From a virus: a stretch of DNA of 64,000 nt. The notes under the pieces are model-generated. The model had not been told where the DNA came from. It was given only the letters and a program-made list of their open reading frames with translations, and made no database searches. Where the stretch lies: the IMG/VR virus record IMGVR_UViG_3300009514_000016, positions 1-64,000 of that record, one strand, 5' to 3'. Position numbers and translations under genes: made by a program. Below, piece by piece: positions 58,928 to 64,000 of this stretch (positions are counted from its first letter, which is position 1; each line of letters opens with the position of its first letter).

Positions 58928-59254
58928 CTAAGCTGTTTCTACTAGTTCGTCTTCTGTTTCTTCAACTAGAGAGATAACAGCCAGTACATTTTCATCTTTG
59001 ACGACGGTGTACTTTTGTCCGCCGATTTCAATAATAGTTCCTTGAGAGAAAACAATCTGGTCTCCAAGCTGAACATCAAGATTTTCAAATTCTTTGACTT
59101 GAACACCGATTCTAACGACAGTTCCTTTAATGCTGTTACTATTCATTTCTTCTTCTGATTCAGGAATGAATAGAGCATCAGGGTCTTGTTCCACTTTTTT
59201 AACTGGAGTGACCAAGAAGTGTCTAGGGGCTGGACGAATCTCTACTTTGCTCAT
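58928..59254 (-). CDS. groES: Co-chaperonin GroES-like
   Basis: IRP...LFIP...GTVVRIG...GDQIVF...GQKYTVVKDENVLAVI; adjacent to groEL. Confidence 0.85.
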   Translation of the reverse strand: MSKVEIRPAPRHFLVTPVKKVEQDPDALFIPESEEEMNSNSIKGTVVRIGVQVKEFENLDVQLGDQIVFSQGTIIEIGGQKYTVVKDENVLAVISLVEETEDELVETA

Positions 59255-59561
59255 CTAAGTGCCTTTCATTTTCAATTTGTTTTTTCAATTCATTTGCCAA
59301 TTCAAACTCGCCATTCATGATGGCTTGTTCTAATTGGGATTTCCGCTCTGAATCAGATATATCCTCTTCTTTTATGGAATCACGAGAAATGTTCTCGCAA
59401 TTTGAATTTGTTCTGCCTTTATGTTTTATGCTGCGGCTCTGAATTTCAGTCAGAATAACTTCTAACTCTTCTCTAAAAACATCATAGCATTTTGGGCATC
59501 CCAAGTATGGCGATGTTTTTAGGTTTGCAATTTGGAAACCGCATTCACAAGATTCTGGCAT
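59223..59561 (-). CDS. McsA-like Zn-finger/UVR protein
   Basis: CECG...LGCPKCYDVF...HKG, then UVR-like LEQAIMNGEFELANELKKQI. Confidence 0.75.
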   Translation of the reverse strand: MPESCECGFQIANLKTSPYLGCPKCYDVFREELEVILTEIQSRSIKHKGRTNSNCENISRDSIKEEDISDSERKSQLEQAIMNGEFELANELKKQIENERHLDEQSRDSSSP

Positions 59562-59581
59562 TCGTCATTATACAAGAGTTT

Positions 59582-60097
59582 TTAGGAAACTCGCATGCTC
59601 ACTTCATATATTGTTGAGCCAATCACATAATAGTAGCGATTGATTAGTTTGAAAATAGAATTGGGTTTCAAATCAAATATGGCATGAAGCGCTGCATTGT
59701 TTACAGTTGTGAACGGTGTGACGCTCGGGCTTAGTCTTCTGTTCCCGTAAACCAAAGCAATGAATGGTGTATTTTTGGATCTGTGTTTGACTATCGCCAA
59801 ATTGATTGGGGCTGGCTCATTGGTTGGCCCGTCGTCAATATCGTTTTTGGGAGTAAAATCGTTTGGAGGATTTCTTCTCTCAGTGACATCGACTCTAGTT
59901 ATTCTGTAATAAACAAAATCCTGCCCCTCCCTATAAACTTCATTAGCATCGCCATCAGATGTTAGGGCAGCAGAAACAGCACTGACGATTGGCTCAACAT
60001 CGGTGTCTTCATCTCCAATAATGGCCACGAATTCTCCGGCAGTAAATTTATCTGTAGCTTCGTCTATGAATTCGCTGATAGTAAAAGTTTTACCCAT
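59582..60097 (-). CDS. Hypothetical protein
   Basis: 171-aa ORF. Confidence 0.65.
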   Translation of the reverse strand: MGKTFTISEFIDEATDKFTAGEFVAIIGDEDTDVEPIVSAVSAALTSDGDANEVYREGQDFVYYRITRVDVTERRNPPNDFTPKNDIDDGPTNEPAPINLAIVKHRSKNTPFIALVYGNRRLSPSVTPFTTVNNAALHAIFDLKPNSIFKLINRYYYVIGSTIYEVSMRVS

Positions 60098-60433
60098 TTA
60101 TATCTCTATGTTTGTAAATCTGTCTTCTGAACCACCAGTTTTAGGAGTGTTTTTGCCCTTAACAAATGTATCAGCGATTTTTGTAGCCAAAAATTTGTCT
60201 ATGCATCTAGGCCCGTGAAAAGGAACGTCATATATATGTTCTTTTTTCTTATCTGGCTCAGCGGCTGGTCGGTAGATCTTTAATCTGCAATACATAGTTC
60301 CTGTTCGGATCTCTTTATTGCATCCGGGGCATGTGTAGTCTTTGGACGCAGGAAATCTGGAATCTCTTATTAGTAAATACTCTCCTAAAGATTTTCGAAT
60401 TAGGGGATTCCAATCTGTGTCCTTATTAGCCAT
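60098..60433 (-). CDS. Zinc-finger protein, FxxIEI tail
   Basis: CPGCNKEIRTG...FHGPRC; ends DRFTNIEI. Confidence 0.7.
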   Translation of the reverse strand: MANKDTDWNPLIRKSLGEYLLIRDSRFPASKDYTCPGCNKEIRTGTMYCRLKIYRPAAEPDKKKEHIYDVPFHGPRCIDKFLATKIADTFVKGKNTPKTGGSEDRFTNIEI

Positions 60434-60434
60434 G

Positions 60435-60776
60435 TCACTGCCTTTTGATTTTAGATATTTCTAACACTAGATATCTCAAATACATTGGAATTAGGAATAT
60501 CGCAGCAATAGGAAAGAAATAGGCCGACACTCCAAACAACGCTGACATTGAGATGAAAATAGCTGCATTAAAACCAAATTCAAGTTTTGTATGCTCTTTT
60601 CCCTCTTTTGATTTATCAGAAAGTTCTTGAATCTTGTCTAAAATCTTCTCTGAAGCGGCTGTCATAGATTCTGCTAGTTGTTGGCCTTGTTTGTCTTTTG
60701 CGGATTTCGCATTTTTAAGTGTATCAATAAAATCATTATATTCTTGGCCGTAATTGTTTTTATTTTCTTCTGTCAT
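60435..60776 (-). CDS. Membrane protein (C-terminal TM segments)
   Basis: Start moved to MTEENK (ATGA overlap with the upstream stop). Confidence 0.65.
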   Translation of the reverse strand: MTEENKNNYGQEYNDFIDTLKNAKSAKDKQGQQLAESMTAASEKILDKIQELSDKSKEGKEHTKLEFGFNAAIFISMSALFGVSAYFFPIAAIFLIPMYLRYLVLEISKIKRQ

Positions 60777-61213
60777 ATTTCCAACCCAACCCATCTGTCA
60801 GTGTGGTCCCACATTTTTTTGTTCTCTTCATGAAGATATTCGACACTGATATCTTTGTAGACGCAAATCTCTCCAGCGTGAGGCCCCTCAATAAATTCAA
60901 TATTAAATGAAGTGCCAGTGTAGTAGTCTACGTCAATTGAATGTATTATACCAACGGATTGTTCCGGGTCAAATCGTTTCTTAAGTCTTACTTTATCGCC
61001 TATTGTTGGCATCCATTCCATATTGCACGATCCGATGATTTCATATTGTCTAGGATTTAAGACGGCCCGATATCCGGGTTTACCGCTAATGAATGAGACA
61101 AGAACAAATAGGCCAGTCTCGCGCTCTTGCACGCTAAGAATTCTGGCGACACAATTGTGAAGTTGGTGATTTTCGGCCAAACACCGAATCACTTTATCTT
61201 TTTCCGGTTTCAT
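60773..61213 (-). CDS. Hypothetical SH3-like protein, WxxLEI tail
   Basis: Ends DRWVGLEI; TGTATAAT 5 nt before the ATG. Confidence 0.7.
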   Translation of the reverse strand: MKPEKDKVIRCLAENHQLHNCVARILSVQERETGLFVLVSFISGKPGYRAVLNPRQYEIIGSCNMEWMPTIGDKVRLKKRFDPEQSVGIIHSIDVDYYTGTSFNIEFIEGPHAGEICVYKDISVEYLHEENKKMWDHTDRWVGLEI

Positions 61214-61230
61214 GCGCTATTATACAGCGA

Positions 61231-62052
61231 TTAGGAATATATTCTGAGAAGAATATCCTTGATTCTATCGTATCCGAGAGTCTTTTTCAAACCCAGCATG
61301 GCAGTGCTAATGGCAAATGCCCAACGATAATCGTTGTCTTTAATCGAGTCTTTATCAACCTGTTTTGGCTCAACAGTTAATTTGCCAACCAATTTATCAT
61401 AGTAGTCAATATTGTCATAAACCTTATTGAGATTGGCTCTTTCAATATATGATCTCCAAAGATCATTCATATCTTCAGCTATTTTTTTGAACTCTTCGGC
61501 TTTTCCAGTTTCTAAAATATCAGTAACTCTGTGGTGAGTCTCATTATAGCGGTGAGTGTAATTCCTGTCGTGAACTCTGTTCTTGAGAGTCTTTTTCCAT
61601 TGTCCAAATTCTTTCATCATTTTTCTATTGCGAGCATCGAGCATAACTTCTGCTTCTAATTTTTTAAGCATTTCAGGAGAATAGTCTAGCATGACGTTTT
61701 GAGGGTTTTTATAAACGCGATACTCAGCGTCAAAAGCTTCAACAACTCTTTTTTTATTCCATGAGCCAGATTTCGCAATACTGCCATCAAACTTTTTATT
61801 GTTAATGCTGTTTTTGATATCGCGCGGATAAATATGGGTGTCAGCTAACATTGTAATGGTTGATGGAATATCCATGTCTATGTTGGCCATTTTTTTGATG
61901 AGAAATCGGTAATCAACCCCAAATAGGTTCTGGGCGATTTCATCTGAATCTTCAGCGTGCTGCATAATGAATGCAAATTTCTCTGATCCAAGAATGGTGT
62001 GCAGATCGTTTACTAGGTTTCTAATTTCTCTTGAATATGGTTCCATTGACAA
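61231..62052 (-). CDS. Hypothetical protein
   Basis: 273-aa ORF. Confidence 0.65.
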   Translation of the reverse strand: MSMEPYSREIRNLVNDLHTILGSEKFAFIMQHAEDSDEIAQNLFGVDYRFLIKKMANIDMDIPSTITMLADTHIYPRDIKNSINNKKFDGSIAKSGSWNKKRVVEAFDAEYRVYKNPQNVMLDYSPEMLKKLEAEVMLDARNRKMMKEFGQWKKTLKNRVHDRNYTHRYNETHHRVTDILETGKAEEFKKIAEDMNDLWRSYIERANLNKVYDNIDYYDKLVGKLTVEPKQVDKDSIKDNDYRWAFAISTAMLGLKKTLGYDRIKDILLRIYS

Positions 62053-62103
62053 TTTCTCTTTGCAAAAGATATATTGACAATTACAATATCTTGAGGAAGA
62101 TTC

Positions 62104-62475
62104 CTATAGGAAATTTGCCGAAAAGAAAATTATCCCAGCGATAGACATGAGCGCAAGCCCTATCCATAATGCTCCAATGGACAGTTTATTCTCTGCTTCT
62201 GTCTCCGTTTGCGCTTCTGATTTTGTATTCAATTTGTCCAGAACCTCCAAAATCAGTTCATTATTAGCGTAGCATATATTAATAATGTCTCCTGTTTCCT
62301 GATAGATGGTGTTGAATGATTTTTCTACTCCTTTAACAAGCTGCTCAAAATAAGCTGCTGCTTCCATGCTCCGAGCTGTTATTTCTTGATTCTGAGCAGC
62401 CTGAGCACATTCCTGGCACAATTCGCTCTCATTCAGCTCTCCTAGTTCATTGCAGTTATTACATTCTCCGAACAT
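62104..62475 (-). CDS. Zn-finger protein with C-terminal TM anchor
   Basis: Start moved to MFGECNNC (AAGGAG RBS); CxxC...CxxC. Confidence 0.65.
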   Translation of the reverse strand: MFGECNNCNELGELNESELCQECAQAAQNQEITARSMEAAAYFEQLVKGVEKSFNTIYQETGDIINICYANNELILEVLDKLNTKSEAQTETEAENKLSIGALWIGLALMSIAGIIFFSANFL

Positions 62476-62579
62476 ATTCAACTCCTTATGAGATTCAACC
62501 GCTATTATATGAATAAAGTGTTGATGGCCAATGATTTTTAAATTTTCCTCTTTTCCGACACCGAGTATAATACCAAAGA

Positions 62580-63914
62580 TTGAAAGGAATGACAATGAAT
62601 TGGGAAAACATCACAGAATTTATTGTTCCAGCCATGACGACTGGAATAGCCCCGCGCCCAAATATCAAAAACATCAAAACTGAAAATCTTTTTCAGTACA
62701 CAATCAAGTCATATCTCGAATGGACAGATAAAAACAGTCTGACCATTGTTGCTAAAAACGCAATCCCTGGTGATAACATACATCTCTCTGGCTGGAATTT
62801 ATCGGCAAAAACCTTAGATTTAGACGTTAAGTCTATGACTTTCAAAGAAAAATTGTCAACTTTTCTTCTTCCAGTCAAAAGTTACCCGCCAAATACTTAT
62901 GACTCATTTGCCACAACTAAAAATGGCAAAATATTTAATATATCCAATTACCCATATCAAGACCCATACTACAAAACACAAACCAAATCTGATTACCACG
63001 ACTACCGACTGCACATACTGAATAATGATGATAAAACTGGATATGCCGGGGAATATAATATTCTGACTCAAGAACATCCGATGTCAGTAAATATCCCCAT
63101 TAAAGACCAAATATTTGATCACATAAATGAGAGAAATCCATATCCATTCATGAGCACTAGTAATAACAAAGAAAAAACGCTGATAAGCAATGAGAAATTA
63201 GGATTATTCACTGTCTATGATGAAAACCTTAACTACTGTTTATTTGTTGTTCAAGCAAAAGGAGCTAATGCTGCCATCCTGTCCCCGAATGGATGTCAAA
63301 TAATTGTATTCTTGCAACATAAAAACAAGCTAAATTACAAATGCTATGACATAAATTCTGGAACATTGACCAAAACTGGTCAATTTGCCATCGGGAACAA
63401 AAGAAACAAATTTGAACTCAAACCTGAACTAATGGCAATGGACAGCAAAAGAAAGCTGATGTATCTTGGCTATCATAATAATGGAATCCCATATATTGCA
63501 GTTGCTAATTTTGCAGATGATTCAGTTGTGATCAAGCCATTGGGCGACATAAATGAAATCACTTCTATTAAACAAGATGGAGATTATATCTCTGTTGGCG
63601 GGGTTATGGTTAAAGGGATGAATTCTATTAATGCCTATGTCCCAAAGAACACCTTTTCGCTTGCTCTAAAAACAAAACCGACTCACATATGTAACTCTTT
63701 CTTTCAATATGATGATGAAGAAAAAACAATCTCTCACTGCAAGCAATACGATTTCAGCTACAAACTTAATATCGCTAAATCACAGAGCATATCAAGCAAT
63801 ATCGCTAATAATATGTTGGCTGTTATGGTTGACGATCGCATTCAAATCAAGGAATTCATCAATGAGGAGTTGAAAAACACATATGACAAGAAATACCAAG
63901 ACCTTGAAATCTAA
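62580..63914 (+). CDS. Beta-propeller-like hypothetical protein, YxxLEI tail
   Basis: AILSPNG, YDINSG, AMDSKRKLMYLG repeats; ends KKYQDLEI. Confidence 0.7.
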   Translation: MKGMTMNWENITEFIVPAMTTGIAPRPNIKNIKTENLFQYTIKSYLEWTDKNSLTIVAKNAIPGDNIHLSGWNLSAKTLDLDVKSMTFKEKLSTFLLPVKSYPPNTYDSFATTKNGKIFNISNYPYQDPYYKTQTKSDYHDYRLHILNNDDKTGYAGEYNILTQEHPMSVNIPIKDQIFDHINERNPYPFMSTSNNKEKTLISNEKLGLFTVYDENLNYCLFVVQAKGANAAILSPNGCQIIVFLQHKNKLNYKCYDINSGTLTKTGQFAIGNKRNKFELKPELMAMDSKRKLMYLGYHNNGIPYIAVANFADDSVVIKPLGDINEITSIKQDGDYISVGGVMVKGMNSINAYVPKNTFSLALKTKPTHICNSFFQYDDEEKTISHCKQYDFSYKLNIAKSQSISSNIANNMLAVMVDDRIQIKEFINEELKNTYDKKYQDLEI

Positions 63915-64000
63915 TATGCCCGGAAAGACTAAAAAATCTTCTAAAGAATCACATTACGAGAAAATGGGGAAACCATCTGAAAAGTACATCAGAAGTTTTT

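Noticed and set aside
9738-63914. LEI tails as a DNA-level repeat or recombination site (integron-like cassette ends)
   Set aside because: The underlying codons and stop codons vary synonymously and I saw no shared flanking DNA or palindrome; the conservation is at the peptide level.
1-64000. Stop-codon reassignment (alternative genetic code)
   Set aside because: Long genes are intact in code 11; TAA, TAG and TGA all end genes (including after the LEI tails); no suppressor tRNA is present in this window.

Overview
A 64-kb segment of a large (jumbo-type) tailed dsDNA bacteriophage genome. It is AT-rich, uses the standard bacterial code and is mostly coded on the minus strand. The head-morphogenesis module contains terminase large subunit, portal, a 1761-aa prohead protease/scaffold, a decoration protein and an HK97/encapsulin-like major capsid protein. 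Other genes include GroES/GroEL, an McsA-like protein, peptide deformylase, two glycosyltransferases beside a collagen-like fibre gene, a TnpB-only insertion, a nuclease/methyltransferase pair and a six-tRNA array. Top observation: the tRNA array (Val-TAC, Val-GAC, Met-CAT, Ile-GAT, Lys-CTT, Lys-TTT) lies behind a promoter, a 21-codon leader ORF and a mutually exclusive antiterminator/terminator. Leader codons 6-14 are all read by array tRNAs and cover all six. This looks like a ribosome-stalling attenuator that would switch on the phage tRNAs only when the matching host tRNAs are depleted. Also notable: 14 different proteins share a C-terminal [YFW]-x-x-[LIV]-E-I tail, one tRNA has a rearranged architecture, and a K-x-A / NWY motif recurs in presumed virion proteins. 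All protein calls come from motif recognition by eye; no database searches or folding programs were run.
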